Shown here one piece after another: positions 17,548 to 28,461 of a stretch of DNA of 59,189 nt. Position numbers and translations under genes: made by a program. Under the pieces are notes generated by a model. That model worked only from the letters and a program-made list of their open reading frames with translations. It had not been told where the DNA came from and did not search any database. Positions within the stretch are counted from its first letter, which is position 1; each line of letters opens with the position of its first letter. The DNA is from Tannerellaceae bacterium (GTDB lineage: Bacteria > Bacteroidota > Bacteroidia > Bacteroidales > Tannerellaceae): assembly GCA_031266215.1 (NCBI GenBank), contig JAISBL010000082.1, forward strand, positions 1-59,189. The letters run 5' to 3'.

Positions 17548-18822
17548 ATGTTGACTCTAAAAGTAATTACAGAGAACAGGGATGAAGTTGTAAGCCGGCT
17601 GGCTAAAAAACATTTCGACGCCGGCGAACTGATCGACCGGATCATAGAAACAGATAAGACAAGGCGTGAGTCGCAGCAACAGCTTGACGCCGGCCTGGCC
17701 GAAGTGAACCGTATATCTAAAAGCATCGGAGCGCTGATGAAAGAGACCGGGAAAGCAGGGGCCGACGCGGCACGCATGCAGGTGGCAGAGATAAAAGAGA
17801 CTATTAAAAAACTGGAGGAAGCAAAGGATGCGTCTGAAAAGCAAATACACGAGCTTCTGGTTATGATACCCAACCTGCCGCATGAGTCTGTGCCTGAGGG
17901 CGCCGGGGCCGCCGGGAACGTGGTCGAACGGCAGGGCGGCGTAATCCCGGTGCTTGATGCCGGCGCTATGCCGCATTGGGATCTGGCAAAGAAATATGAC
18001 CTGATAGACTTTGAGGTGGGAGTGAAGATAACCGGAGCCGGCTTCCCCGTTTATAAAGGATACGGCTGCCGCCTTCAGCGGGCCCTGGTCAATTTCTTCC
18101 TCGATAGCGCCCGCGAAGCCGGCTACATGGAGATACAGCCTCCGTACGTGGTAAACGCCGATTCGGGATACGGAACCGGAAATTTGCCCGATAAGGAGGG
18201 ACAGATGTATTACGCCGCCCAGGACAACCTTTACCTGATCCCGACGGCCGAAGTGCCGGTCACGAACATCTACCGCGATGTGATACTTAATGACCGGGAT
18301 CTGCCGGTCATGAACGTGGCTTACTCCGCCTGTTTCCGTCGCGAAGCCGGTTCCTACGGCAAGGATGTGCGCGGACTTAACCGCCTGCACCAGTTCGACA
18401 AGGTCGAGATTGTCCGGATCGACAAGCCCGAACATTCCTACCAGTCGCTAAAGGAGATGGTCGGCTACGTGCAGTCGCTGGTAGATAAACTGGAACTGCC
18501 CTGGCGCATACTCCGCCTGTGTGGCGGAGACATGAGTTTCACATCCGCCCTTACGTTTGATTTCGAAGTATATTCGGCTGCGCAGCAACGCTGGCTGGAA
18601 GTCAGCTCCGTCTCCAACTTCGAGAGTTTCCAGGCCAACCGGCTGAAATGCCGTTACCGTGATGAGAACAAAAAGACTTGTTTATGCCATACGCTGAACG
18701 GGAGTGCGCTGGCGCTTCCCCGCATCATGGCAGCCCTGCTTGAAAACAACCAGTCGCCCGAAGGCATACGTATTCCGAAGGCTTTAACGCCCTATACGGG
18801 GTTCGACCGCATTGGCGTGTGA
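17548..18822 (+). CDS. serS: Serine--tRNA ligase
   Basis: LIPTAEVP, FRREAGSYGKDVRGLNRLHQF, HTLNGSALALPR; TACCTTTG box at 17499-17506. Confidence 0.98.
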   Translation: MLTLKVITENRDEVVSRLAKKHFDAGELIDRIIETDKTRRESQQQLDAGLAEVNRISKSIGALMKETGKAGADAARMQVAEIKETIKKLEEAKDASEKQIHELLVMIPNLPHESVPEGAGAAGNVVERQGGVIPVLDAGAMPHWDLAKKYDLIDFEVGVKITGAGFPVYKGYGCRLQRALVNFFLDSAREAGYMEIQPPYVVNADSGYGTGNLPDKEGQMYYAAQDNLYLIPTAEVPVTNIYRDVILNDRDLPVMNVAYSACFRREAGSYGKDVRGLNRLHQFDKVEIVRIDKPEHSYQSLKEMVGYVQSLVDKLELPWRILRLCGGDMSFTSALTFDFEVYSAAQQRWLEVSSVSNFESFQANRLKCRYRDENKKTCLCHTLNGSALALPRIMAALLENNQSPEGIRIPKALTPYTGFDRIGV

Positions 18823-19824
18823 TGATGACAGCATTCCGCATGCTGCAGATATATCTTCGCCTCTCGAAAGGCGGATCGTACATACGATGCCGCGCATATT
18901 GAGGGCGTCGCGGAATGCTTCCATCTTTTTCATATCTACGCATGCCAGAGGAGTATCGGGTATGGCGTGGTATCGGATAAGGTTCACCCGGCAGGGTATC
19001 CCTTTCAGTAATGCGGCCAGCGCGGTGGCATGACTGGGACTGTCATTGAAATCTTTGAAAACGATGTATTCGAACGATAGCCGCCTCTGGTGACTGAAGT
19101 CGTATTGTTTGACCAGTTCGATAACTTTGTATACCGGGAAAGCCTTTTCGACAGGCATGATGGAAAAACGCTCCTTAGTATTTGATGCATGAAGGCTGAC
19201 TGCCAGATTGCAGGAGCTTTCGTCGAGGAAGCGCTTCAGCCCTTTGGCTCCTACCGTAGAAACAGTTATCCGCTTCGGGCTCCAGGCGTATCCGTACGAC
19301 CGGGTCAGTATATTGAGGGCCTTCAACACCTCGTTGGTGTTGTCAAACGGCTCGCCCATTCCCATAAACACAATATTGGTAATCGTTTCGGCTTCCGGGA
19401 TAGATTGTATCTGATTGATTATTTCGCCGGCTGTAAGGTTGGCCGTGAATCCCTGCCTCCCGGTCATACAGAACAGGCAACTCATTTTGCATCCGGCCTG
19501 TGAAGACACGCATAAGGTATTACGCTCGCCGGAAGGGATATAAACAGCTTCCACAAAAGAGCCGGAAGCGCGGAAAATGTATTTGATGGTTCCATCGGCC
19601 GATTTGACGGAATCGGCCGGAGGTGTAAGCCCCATTTCAAAATGCTCATCCAGGTAAGTGCGCCTGGCTGCGGGCAGGTTAGTCATATCGTGGACGGAGG
19701 TCACCTTTTTCTTATACAGCCAGTCGGCTATCTGTTGGGCGGAATAGGAGGGAAGTCCTGCTTCTCCGGCTACACTTCCAAGTTCTTCCAGCGTCATTCC
19801 CAGTAATTGTCTTTTTTTATTCAT
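18784..19824 (-). CDS. rlmN: 23S rRNA/tRNA m2A methyltransferase RlmN
   Basis: CVSSQAGCKMSCLFC radical SAM motif, MGMGEP, GEDISAACG; -7 box at 19852-19859. Confidence 0.96.
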   Translation of the reverse strand: MNKKRQLLGMTLEELGSVAGEAGLPSYSAQQIADWLYKKKVTSVHDMTNLPAARRTYLDEHFEMGLTPPADSVKSADGTIKYIFRASGSFVEAVYIPSGERNTLCVSSQAGCKMSCLFCMTGRQGFTANLTAGEIINQIQSIPEAETITNIVFMGMGEPFDNTNEVLKALNILTRSYGYAWSPKRITVSTVGAKGLKRFLDESSCNLAVSLHASNTKERFSIMPVEKAFPVYKVIELVKQYDFSHQRRLSFEYIVFKDFNDSPSHATALAALLKGIPCRVNLIRYHAIPDTPLACVDMKKMEAFRDALNMRGIVCTIRLSRGEDISAACGMLSSSHANAVEPRIGR

Positions 19825-19858
19825 GTGTATCAATCGCTATAATGTGTGGCGCAAAGGT

Positions 19859-19897
19859 AAAAAAAGAAGCTGTCCGAAATTTTGCTTCCGGACAGCT
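19859..19897 (-). terminator. Rho-independent terminator after the ppiD-like gene
   Basis: Stem AGCTGTCCG/CGGACAGCT followed by a U-run on the minus strand. Confidence 0.7.
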
Positions 19898-19934
19898 CCG
19901 CTATAATATTACAAATATCTGTTGATCGTGGGAA

Positions 19935-22070
19935 TTAATAGAAGCGAATACGGTTATCGGTTATTTTCGCATGGTTCACCAGCGACTGTACTGCCATATA
20001 TCCGTAGCGGTAGGGATAAGAAGATTCGATATCGCGTATTTCTACTGCTTCGTCGTATTCGCGGTCGTTCGTTTCCTTGTTAACGACCTGAAACACATAG
20101 ACGCCATTGTTGCCAATTACGGGTTCGCTCAGACTGCCTGTTCCTGTCAGTGAAATCATGGCGTTCAGCTTTGGTTCCAGACCAATGCCTGTGATCCGCG
20201 CGGTATTGAAACTTACAAACCTGACCGAGTCTACCGTAGCTCCCATTGCCTGGGCATAAGCGTCAAGCGATGTCAGATTCCTGGCTTTCAGGTCTTCTGC
20301 GATTTGTTTGCCTTTCTTTTCAGCCACAAGTTCAGATTTCAAAACCGGCTCTACGGATGCCAGCGACCGATAACCTTCGCGGACGGTTCCCTGATGGGCG
20401 GCTATCACGAAATGTTTGTTGTCGCAGTCGAATATCTCTGATATATCGCCTCTGCTGTGTTCAAACGCCCAGCGTATCACCTGACGCGACTGAGGTATTG
20501 AACCAAGTATCTGGTCGGAAGCCGTTACCGATACATTAGACAGTAAGTTGTAACCGGCTTCCTGAGCTGTGGCATCTAATTTGTCTACATCCTGATTGTT
20601 GGATATATACTGGTTGAGCGCATTATAAAGGTTGCTGTAAGTCTTTGAGCTTGGGGTTACGGTAATGTCTATATCGGCGATCTTGTATTTGTTGACGCTG
20701 GCTGTTTTTTCTGTGACTTTGAACAGCATGACGACCTGTGTGGATTTGAATATGCTCACCTCATTCAGGCGGGCGGCGAAGAGTTCTGTCTTAAAATCCT
20801 CGTCCAGAGCGCTCAATGCAGCAGCTTCCGTAATCCATCCTACCTCGCCGCCGTTCGCTGATGAAGACTGATCTACGGAATGGGTCAATGCAAGTTCGGC
20901 AAAGTCGCCGCCTTTACTCAGCACATCCATCAGGCTGTCAGCCTTGGCTGTTTCCGTTGGTTGCAGCATGATGATATGCAGTCTCACTGAATCGGGCGCA
21001 CTGGTTTTGTCCACCAGTTTAAACATCCTGTACTTATTGTTTACGTTTTCAAAGATAGGTCCGTATACATCTCCTACGGCAGCAGTTGTGACAAACTGCT
21101 TCTGTTCGGGATCCAGTCCCGCTTCGGAGAAGAAAGCGTTTATATATGGCACTTCCGAATTATCATTAACCAGGTCTCTCACATCGTCAGACGCCGCCAG
21201 TTCTTCTCTCAACTGCTCTATCTGGCTGCTTGCCATGTCAAAATCTTCCTGGCTGGGAACTATGTCAACATCAATATATTTTATCACTTTTGCTTCCGGT
21301 TGTTTGTAAAGTTCTTTCCGTTGGTTGTATAGTTTTTCTACTTCAGCTTTTCCAACATTGATCACAGAGTCGGGTATCGTTGAATATGATTGCATGGCAT
21401 ATACTATATCTGCGCTTTCGGCGGCAGCATTGAAGGCATCTTTTGCGTCCAGCGTGTTTGCAGCGATAGTCTTTCCCAGCAGGGCGGTATATTTTTGTTC
21501 CATGCGCTGCATCTTAATGTTCTTCTCCCAGAAAATCCAGAGTTTCTTATACTGTAGTAGCTGGGCCTGATATTCCTGAGGGGATGTGGCTATAAAATCA
21601 TCGTCGATCTGCTTCAGGAAATTAAGGAAGAATGTTTTATCAAACGCGCCGGTTTCGGGATTGTGAAACATTTGGTTTTGTAAAAGTGCGGTAGAGATGT
21701 TCTCGCCCTGTACCATATCAAACAACTCTTCGGGACTTACCGACATCCCCAATTCATCTAATTCGCCATTTAGCACAATTTCATGTACCATGCTGTCGAA
21801 AATGGACTGGCGTATACGGGTCATATCTTCTTCCTGCAGGTTGTTCAGGCCGGTTTGCATTTTATACACATCGGTCATATCTTCTATCCGTTTCTGATAC
21901 TCCTGTATAGTGATTGTAGTACCATTGACATCTGCAATCTTTTCCTGATGTTGTTTGAAATACGTAGAACCTGAGTTCAAAAAGTCACCAATGATAAAAG
22001 CGAACAAAGCCAAACCCACCACGATTACTAATAATCCTGCTTTGCTCCTGATCTTTTCAAGCGTAGCCAT
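19935..22070 (-). CDS. ppiD: PpiD/SurA-type membrane-anchored peptidyl-prolyl isomerase chaperone
   Basis: MATLEKIRSK + TM anchor, SurA N-domain, rotamase motif FAELALTHSVD..NGGEVGW. Confidence 0.85.
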   Translation of the reverse strand: MATLEKIRSKAGLLVIVVGLALFAFIIGDFLNSGSTYFKQHQEKIADVNGTTITIQEYQKRIEDMTDVYKMQTGLNNLQEEDMTRIRQSIFDSMVHEIVLNGELDELGMSVSPEELFDMVQGENISTALLQNQMFHNPETGAFDKTFFLNFLKQIDDDFIATSPQEYQAQLLQYKKLWIFWEKNIKMQRMEQKYTALLGKTIAANTLDAKDAFNAAAESADIVYAMQSYSTIPDSVINVGKAEVEKLYNQRKELYKQPEAKVIKYIDVDIVPSQEDFDMASSQIEQLREELAASDDVRDLVNDNSEVPYINAFFSEAGLDPEQKQFVTTAAVGDVYGPIFENVNNKYRMFKLVDKTSAPDSVRLHIIMLQPTETAKADSLMDVLSKGGDFAELALTHSVDQSSSANGGEVGWITEAAALSALDEDFKTELFAARLNEVSIFKSTQVVMLFKVTEKTASVNKYKIADIDITVTPSSKTYSNLYNALNQYISNNQDVDKLDATAQEAGYNLLSNVSVTASDQILGSIPQSRQVIRWAFEHSRGDISEIFDCDNKHFVIAAHQGTVREGYRSLASVEPVLKSELVAEKKGKQIAEDLKARNLTSLDAYAQAMGATVDSVRFVSFNTARITGIGLEPKLNAMISLTGTGSLSEPVIGNNGVYVFQVVNKETNDREYDEAVEIRDIESSYPYRYGYMAVQSLVNHAKITDNRIRFY

Positions 22071-22168
22071 GTATCTTTTCTGTTTATAAATTTATATTGT
22101 TGTTTTTAAGCGCACGAAGATAAGAAAAAAAGGACGTACCGCATCTTTTCCTATTTCTTTTTCACAGA

Positions 22169-22759
22169 TCACGCATCTTGTCCAGCTTCTTTTTCCACAT
22201 TCGTGGTGTCGGCCGGCATTTCATTCATGGGAAATATACCAGTGGTATTGAATATTTTATATTCCGTCATGGATTGATTCGATTCGAAGCCTACTCCGGT
22301 TATTACCTTATCCTGTTGCTCTATGCGTATATATTGGTCTGAGTATATCCTTTGTGATTTCTGGTCCCAGAAAATCAGAGACGTAGTGAAATATTCGTTA
22401 TCTAAACTTTGCATTTCCACGTTCCCTACCCCTTTCCATAGTTCCTGTTTTTCGTAATAATAGGCAGTATCTGCTTTTATGCTTGCTTTTACCTGAAAGA
22501 GTGTGTCGAATTGTTCCAGGTAAATGCCTTCCGGGAAATACCAGTATGGGTCATTCGCTTTTCCAAATACTAACCATTCTTTGGCGTTAGCCCGGTAGCG
22601 CGTGATACCCGAGTCAGACACTAAGGTTGACACATTTGTTGTTTTCATGGTATAGGTTTGTTCCGGGTCGAATGCAACTTCGACGGTTTCCTGCCGGCCT
22701 CCGGAACAAGAGCCGGAAAGTAGAAGAGACATGACAACTATCGCACGGATAGTTGTCAT
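22169..22759 (-). CDS. lptC: LPS export protein LptC
   Basis: SDSGITRY, YFPEGI, IKADTAYY, ITGVGFESNQ; usual Bacteroidales context; start uncertain (22759/22771). Confidence 0.8.
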   Translation of the reverse strand: MTTIRAIVVMSLLLSGSCSGGRQETVEVAFDPEQTYTMKTTNVSTLVSDSGITRYRANAKEWLVFGKANDPYWYFPEGIYLEQFDTLFQVKASIKADTAYYYEKQELWKGVGNVEMQSLDNEYFTTSLIFWDQKSQRIYSDQYIRIEQQDKVITGVGFESNQSMTEYKIFNTTGIFPMNEMPADTTNVEKEAGQDA

Positions 22760-22802
22760 GTCTCTATTCATTATTTTATTTCCAGTGACTTCTTTCATCT
22801 GT

Positions 22803-24155
22803 TTACCGGATGGTTGTACGCTCGCCAATCCACCCGCCAATGGTGATCGACTTGCCTTTTTCCAGGTCGGGGTGCATGAAAATCTCTTCGGTTGATGGAT
22901 AATAAGAACGGTACGTATTGATCAGCCTGGCTGCTTCTTCCGCCGCATTGGGGTCTATCTGCCTGGCTCTTTCAAATTTATCGGTAGCAGCATAGAAAAC
23001 AGTCTTCCTCAATACCGGATCGTCGGGATAAATGCTGTTGGCCGTAGCTGCATACATTTTTCCTATGAGCAGATAAGGGCTCCCGTAGTTGGGATTGGTC
23101 TCAATAGCCTTCAGACAATATTGCCTTGCCCGGGAATTGTTATTTTGTTCAAATGACAAAACACCAATCAGATAGTAATCTTCTGCCTTTACGGTATTAT
23201 CTGTTTCCATATTTGCTGCCTCTTCAAATAAAGATATAGCTCTACTGTAATCTTTGTCACGGACGGCTTTTTTTGCAAGTCCCATAGCCGATTCAGAGGT
23301 CGGTTCAAGTTTGTGTGCATATTCGGCGGCAGCGAAATAAGCGTTAATTTCGTTGCAACGCATTCTTCTAAGCAGAGTTATTGATTCTTTCAGGTAAGCG
23401 AGATTGTCTTTGTTCTGTTCCACCTTGTCGGCATATAGACTTTGAAGTGTTTCACAGTCAGCAGCACCACTATTGGCAAAGCCATTGTCTAATCCACTTT
23501 TAATGGCTTGGAGGTTTGCCAGATCTCTATCGGTTGCCATCCCTATTTGAGCGTCCAGTGCGGCTGATGATTTAAGATAATCTTGGATATAAGTTTCCTT
23601 GTGGGAAGGATCGGTCAACAACAATTGGTTGGAAGCAAACATATAATATGAGATTGCTGTTATGTCTGTGTTGTCTCCATATTCGTCAATTACCTCTTTC
23701 AACCAGCCGTATAAGAGTTTGTTGTCGGCGTTTTCACCCATTCGCTGAACGTAATCCTGTGCCTTACGACCGATAATCCAGTCCTTTTCATACCTGGGTT
23801 CTTTTCCGAAATATTTGACACGCTTATCGTAAACGCCCATAAGGTCATTGATCAGAGCGGCTTTTTTTGCAGGATCAGTTTCGTTATCAATCTGCCAGCC
23901 AACAATACGAACTCCATAGAGATAGATGTCCTTTGTAGCTCCCGGGCATTCATTATATGCTATTTCCCAAAACTCAAGAGCATCTTTGAAATTTCCATTT
24001 TTTGCATAAGGTGTAAAAAGACTGATATTCGTAATACAGCGGAGACTATCCTCGCCTGAACCAAATGGGGTGCCATTATCTACCCCTTTTTGTGCGTATA
24101 CGCCGGATGTTCCTATTATGCATCCAGCGGCAAGTAAAAACACTTTGATTTTCAT
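22803..24155 (-). CDS. Secreted tetratricopeptide-repeat protein
   Basis: Signal peptide, helical TPR-like repeats, C-terminal GGWIGERTTIR. Confidence 0.8.
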   Translation of the reverse strand: MKIKVFLLAAGCIIGTSGVYAQKGVDNGTPFGSGEDSLRCITNISLFTPYAKNGNFKDALEFWEIAYNECPGATKDIYLYGVRIVGWQIDNETDPAKKAALINDLMGVYDKRVKYFGKEPRYEKDWIIGRKAQDYVQRMGENADNKLLYGWLKEVIDEYGDNTDITAISYYMFASNQLLLTDPSHKETYIQDYLKSSAALDAQIGMATDRDLANLQAIKSGLDNGFANSGAADCETLQSLYADKVEQNKDNLAYLKESITLLRRMRCNEINAYFAAAEYAHKLEPTSESAMGLAKKAVRDKDYSRAISLFEEAANMETDNTVKAEDYYLIGVLSFEQNNNSRARQYCLKAIETNPNYGSPYLLIGKMYAATANSIYPDDPVLRKTVFYAATDKFERARQIDPNAAEEAARLINTYRSYYPSTEEIFMHPDLEKGKSITIGGWIGERTTIR

Positions 24156-24192
24156 AATTTATTATTCTTTTTAATTTACAACCAAGATAAAT

Positions 24193-25434
24193 TTATTCAA
24201 CCTTGAACTTGAAGAACCATCGTTCATTAAATGTGTAGTTTACTGTAAAGCGGAAGTATTGTTCATCAATCAACGTGCTTACTTCCGGTTTTATCTTTAC
24301 ATATTCAAATGACAAATTCAAAAACGAACGGTTGTCAATCAATGGCAGGCCAAATCCAACACTCGCGCCGTATTCGTTATAGCTTTTGTTATTTATCTGC
24401 AGATAGGAGTTACTATAATGAAGTCCTGCACGGTATCTTACTCTGCTGAGAAAGGCTCTTTCCTGATAATCAGGAATAAATTCCGCACCGGCTGCTATAC
24501 GTATCCTGTTTTTAAATTGACCCTTTTCGTCAATGTACTTAACCTGCGCCCATGTCTCATACAACAAGTCAGCGGCCAAAGTTAGTTTATTTTGCTTAAC
24601 ATATGAAACGCCCAGTCCAAAAGAGTGAGGTAGTCCGAATACCTGATTCGACACTTGTATCGTATCAAGTGTATTTCCATTCATGATTATGTCTGAAGAC
24701 GTAGCATTTAACTCTTTTGCCGGCGAAAACGCCAAACCTGAAACGATATACTCGCTTGCACTTATCTGGTGCATGTATTGGGCACCGAAATCAAGTTTTA
24801 TGTCATTTACCCGAAGTTCTTGGTTTCTGCCGGATTGGCTGGTCGTCGTCGTACCTAATGTCAATATTTGATTATGTAAAATGCGCCCGAACAAATATCC
24901 CGCATTTAAGCCAACCGAAAGACGTTTTTTCCATACATCCACAGACAATCCGGCATATACTTCGTTTAATCCTCCTTTGCCCGTAAAACGTTCTATATAG
25001 TAAACACCTTCGGGGGAAGTCTGTGCTGAGCCGAAATCATAACCTACGTATGAATATGGTAAAACTCCGGCGCTGACAGCTATCCTGCGACTGATAGGAA
25101 ACTGCATGGCGGCATACTCCAGATTACCGTTCCAATGTTTCTCATTGTTTATTCCATCATTAAACCACGACATTTGTCCGGCTATTCCAAAATCAAAAAT
25201 GAATGTAAGTGAATCTATGCTAGTATAAGAAGCCGGATTCATTGGATTTATCTGCTTGTCGGAACGTATTCCAAAACCAAGGCCACCCATAGCCCGCCCT
25301 GCCCCGAAAGAACGATCGGCTAATTCGCCATAGCCATATCGTGTATAAGGTGAATTTGTATTGTTCTGCGCCAGCATTGTCAACGGGATAATGATGAGAA
25401 TACTAACAGCTACTACTCTTTTAATTTTCAACAT
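24193..25434 (-). CDS. Outer membrane beta-barrel protein (FadL/PorV-like)
   Basis: NTNSPYTRYGYG..AMGG..NPAS N-terminus; aromatic C-terminal strand ERWFFK. Confidence 0.7.
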   Translation of the reverse strand: MLKIKRVVAVSILIIIPLTMLAQNNTNSPYTRYGYGELADRSFGAGRAMGGLGFGIRSDKQINPMNPASYTSIDSLTFIFDFGIAGQMSWFNDGINNEKHWNGNLEYAAMQFPISRRIAVSAGVLPYSYVGYDFGSAQTSPEGVYYIERFTGKGGLNEVYAGLSVDVWKKRLSVGLNAGYLFGRILHNQILTLGTTTTSQSGRNQELRVNDIKLDFGAQYMHQISASEYIVSGLAFSPAKELNATSSDIIMNGNTLDTIQVSNQVFGLPHSFGLGVSYVKQNKLTLAADLLYETWAQVKYIDEKGQFKNRIRIAAGAEFIPDYQERAFLSRVRYRAGLHYSNSYLQINNKSYNEYGASVGFGLPLIDNRSFLNLSFEYVKIKPEVSTLIDEQYFRFTVNYTFNERWFFKFKVE

Positions 25435-26152
25435 TGTACTCTAATATTCTATTTAATCCAGTTAACACTAAATTAATGTCTGCAAAGATGGTATTTTTTA
25501 GTCGTCTTTCAAAATAAAACGAATGACCCCCAGTTAAAAAAACCAAAAGGTTAGAGTACTTTTGGCGCAAATCCTCTATACAGCCATCCATTTCATACAC
25601 AATGCCGTTTACAACTCCCGCCTGAATAGCTGTTTTCGTGCTGTATCCTATTTGCGGAATGTCTTCTTCTTCCTGTATAAGCGGAAGTTCTGAGGTGTAG
25701 TTGTTAAGTGCTCTGAAACGTGTAGTCATGCCTGGAGAGATATTACCTCCTATATAGACGCCCGTCGCTTCTATCAATTCGTATGTTATGGCCGTACCTA
25801 CGTCTATTACTAATATATTTTCCCGGGGTTTGAGATAGTTGGCGCCGACGACGGCTGCTAAACGATCTTTCCCAAGTGTCTGAGGCGTTTGGTAATTTAT
25901 GTCAACTGGCACGGGCGTTGTTTCATCGAAAAATATAAAATACGGTAACAGACTATTAAGAAAAGCAAACATTTCGACATCATGTTTGATGACCGTTGAC
26001 ATGATACCCTGGCACAAATTGTATTTCTCGAAAAAAGGCTTCACAATACAAGGGTTGAAATCTTTGTATACCTGCGAAGTTTCCATACACCCTTTATTAT
26101 TGTATATAGCAACTTTAGTAGCCGTATTACCCTGTTCGATAATAAGATTCAC
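25421..26152 (-). CDS. coaX: Type III pantothenate kinase
   Basis: QGNTATK, TLGKDR, VIDVGTAIT, GGNISPG, LTGG. Confidence 0.95.
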   Translation of the reverse strand: MNLIIEQGNTATKVAIYNNKGCMETSQVYKDFNPCIVKPFFEKYNLCQGIMSTVIKHDVEMFAFLNSLLPYFIFFDETTPVPVDINYQTPQTLGKDRLAAVVGANYLKPRENILVIDVGTAITYELIEATGVYIGGNISPGMTTRFRALNNYTSELPLIQEEEDIPQIGYSTKTAIQAGVVNGIVYEMDGCIEDLRQKYSNLLVFLTGGHSFYFERRLKNTIFADINLVLTGLNRILEYNVEN

Positions 26153-26188
26153 CTCATTATGATGTTAGACTTTATGTGTCTGGCCGAA

Positions 26189-27736
26189 TTATTTTGCATA
26201 ACTGACGGCACGTGTTTCACGTATAACTGTGATTTTTACCTGTCCGGGATAAGTCATCTCGTCCTGAATTTTTTTTGCTATTTCATTTGACAGGTTTTCG
26301 GTAGCTTTGTCGTCTATCTTATCGGCTCCTACAATAACCCTAAGCTCTCTCCCGGCCTGGATGGCATATGTCTTCAATACTCCAGGATATGCCAATGCAA
26401 GTTGCTCAAGGTCGTTCAGTCGTTTTATATAGGCCTCCACGATTTCGCGACGTGCGCCGGGACGCGCGCCCGATATGGCGTCACAGACCTGAACAATCGG
26501 AGCGAGAAGTGTTTGCATTTCCGTTTCGTCGTGATGAGCGCCTACTGCGTTGCAAATATCCGGCTTTTCCTTATATTTCTCGCATAGCTTCATCCCCAGG
26601 ATGGCGTGGGGCAGTTCCGGTTCGTCATCAGGTACTTTGCCGATGTCATGCAGTAGGCCGGCACGTTTGGCTTTCTTGGGATTCAATCCTAATTCCGAAG
26701 CCATTACTGCGCATAGGTTGGCCGTTTCGCGAGCATGTTGAAGGAGGTTTTGTCCATAAGAAGACCGATACTTCATTTTCCCAATAAGTCGAATCAATTC
26801 AGGATGCAATCCATGCACGCCCAGATCAATAACCGTGCGCTTGCCGGTTTCTATCACTTCTTCTTCCACTTGTTTGCGTACTTTAGCAACAATTTCTTCG
26901 ATACGCGCAGGGTGGATACGTCCGTCTTGTACTAATTGATGCAGGGCTAAGCGGGCGACTTCCCTGCGTACCGGATCGAATCCTGATAAAACGATAGCTT
27001 CAGGCGTATCGTCAACTACAATTTCTATGCCGGTAGCGGCCTCCAGTGCGCGGATATTACGCCCTTCACGTCCGATGATGCGACCTTTTATCTCATCAGA
27101 TTCGATATGGAATACGGTAATGGAGTTCTCGATAGCTGTCTCTGTTGCCACTCGTTGAATCGACTGTATAACGATCTTCTTGGCTTCCTTACCGGCGGTC
27201 ATCTTTGCTTCTTCCACGATTTCATTCACGTAGGAAGTTGCTTGTGATTTGGCCTCTTCTTTTAGAGATTCGATCAAGCGTTCCTTCGCTTCTTCTGCCG
27301 ACAGCCCGGATAGTATTTCGAGCTGTTCTACCTCTTTCAGGTGAAGCTTGTCTAGTTCCTGTTTCTTTTTTTCCAGCAATTCAAACTGTGTTGCGAGGTT
27401 TTCCTTCACTGCGTCTAATTCGCTGTTTTTTCGTTGAAGCTCTTCTTGCCGTTGGGAGATAGACAGTTCTTTCTGTTTCAGTTTGGCTTCTACCGATTGT
27501 ATTTTTGAGTTACGAGCCGAGACTTGTTTTTCTAAATCTGATTTCAGATGAAGGAATTTTTCTTTTACTTCGAGCAGTTTGTTCTTTTTGATCACTTCCG
27601 CTTCTTTTTCCGCCCCTTTGAGGATGTTTTCATACTTTGTCTTGAAAACGAAGCGTATTAAAATCCACGTTGCCGTCCCTCCAACAAGGAAGGTTGCGGC
27701 TGATATGCTTATATACACTATTTCCATATTTAACAT
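26189..27736 (-). CDS. rny: Ribonuclease Y
   Basis: N-terminal TM, coiled coil, KH ([11 protein letters not shown]), HD (LLHDIGK). Confidence 0.97.
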   Translation of the reverse strand: MLNMEIVYISISAATFLVGGTATWILIRFVFKTKYENILKGAEKEAEVIKKNKLLEVKEKFLHLKSDLEKQVSARNSKIQSVEAKLKQKELSISQRQEELQRKNSELDAVKENLATQFELLEKKKQELDKLHLKEVEQLEILSGLSAEEAKERLIESLKEEAKSQATSYVNEIVEEAKMTAGKEAKKIVIQSIQRVATETAIENSITVFHIESDEIKGRIIGREGRNIRALEAATGIEIVVDDTPEAIVLSGFDPVRREVARLALHQLVQDGRIHPARIEEIVAKVRKQVEEEVIETGKRTVIDLGVHGLHPELIRLIGKMKYRSSYGQNLLQHARETANLCAVMASELGLNPKKAKRAGLLHDIGKVPDDEPELPHAILGMKLCEKYKEKPDICNAVGAHHDETEMQTLLAPIVQVCDAISGARPGARREIVEAYIKRLNDLEQLALAYPGVLKTYAIQAGRELRVIVGADKIDDKATENLSNEIAKKIQDEMTYPGQVKITVIRETRAVSYAK

Positions 27737-27838
27737 CAATTTTTATTTGTTCGTTATTTACGCAAAAAAACACTCACTTTACACCCTGGGAACAGAGTAT
27801 AATAGTAGTGCGGAATCTCCTTTTATAGAATCAAACGG

Positions 27839-28162
27839 CTACTTGTTGTATTCCATATATGTTTCCAACAGGTTGGTCATTTGCTGTATCTTTTCTATAA
27901 AAGGCATGGTGTCATTTCTTTCTTCCCATTGTAAATTTTCCATTGACAACTGAAGAGCTACCATAGCTAACCAATCAATACTCCCTTCTGCGTATTTAGG
28001 GTCATTATTCGCAGATTTCGGATATTTTTTCTGGTATCTTCCTAATGCGGCTTTTATTTGTTTGGCCGCCTTACGCGCCAACTCTTCCTGATCCCGATTA
28101 ATCTGAAGACCATACATCTTGTCAGCTATTTCTATATGTATGAGAAACTTGTTATCGCCCAT
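27839..28162 (-). CDS. zapA: Cell division protein ZapA
   Basis: IHIEIADKMYGL..EELARKAAK..LAMVAL; ATG 28162 preferred. Confidence 0.8.
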   Translation of the reverse strand: MGDNKFLIHIEIADKMYGLQINRDQEELARKAAKQIKAALGRYQKKYPKSANNDPKYAEGSIDWLAMVALQLSMENLQWEERNDTMPFIEKIQQMTNLLETYMEYNK

Positions 28163-28167
28163 CACGT

Positions 28168-28461
28168 TTATTTGCTTAATAAGGCAATGCACGAATCTAC
28201 TTCCCGCACTAATTTCGACAGCCTCTTCTTTGCGCTCTTTACTTCCTGTTCGCTTGCGGAAACAATCCGCGCAGTGAGCATGCTGTCGCATTTGGCATTC
28301 AATTCGTTAATCGTTTGCGTTGCCTGCCCCAGTTCTTTGTCTTTTGACTCCAAAGAGCATGTGAGTTCGTTTATTTTCTGTTTCTGCCGATTACAAATAT
28401 CCAGTAAGTCGCGAACCCTAACTTCAAAAACAGCTAACAATCTTTTCTGATCATCGGTCAT
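28168..28461 (-). CDS. Coiled-coil ZapB-like protein
   Basis: Short coiled coil ending LVREVDSCIALL upstream of zapA; -7 box TACTTTTG at 28480-28487. Confidence 0.7.
   Translation of the reverse strand: MTDDQKRLLAVFEVRVRDLLDICNRQKQKINELTCSLESKDKELGQATQTINELNAKCDSMLTARIVSASEQEVKSAKKRLSKLVREVDSCIALLSK

Noticed and set aside
27740-27838. 6S RNA downstream of zapA
   Set aside because: The spacer is only ~100 bp and shows one short hairpin, not a long rod with a central bubble; an Rfam scan would settle it.
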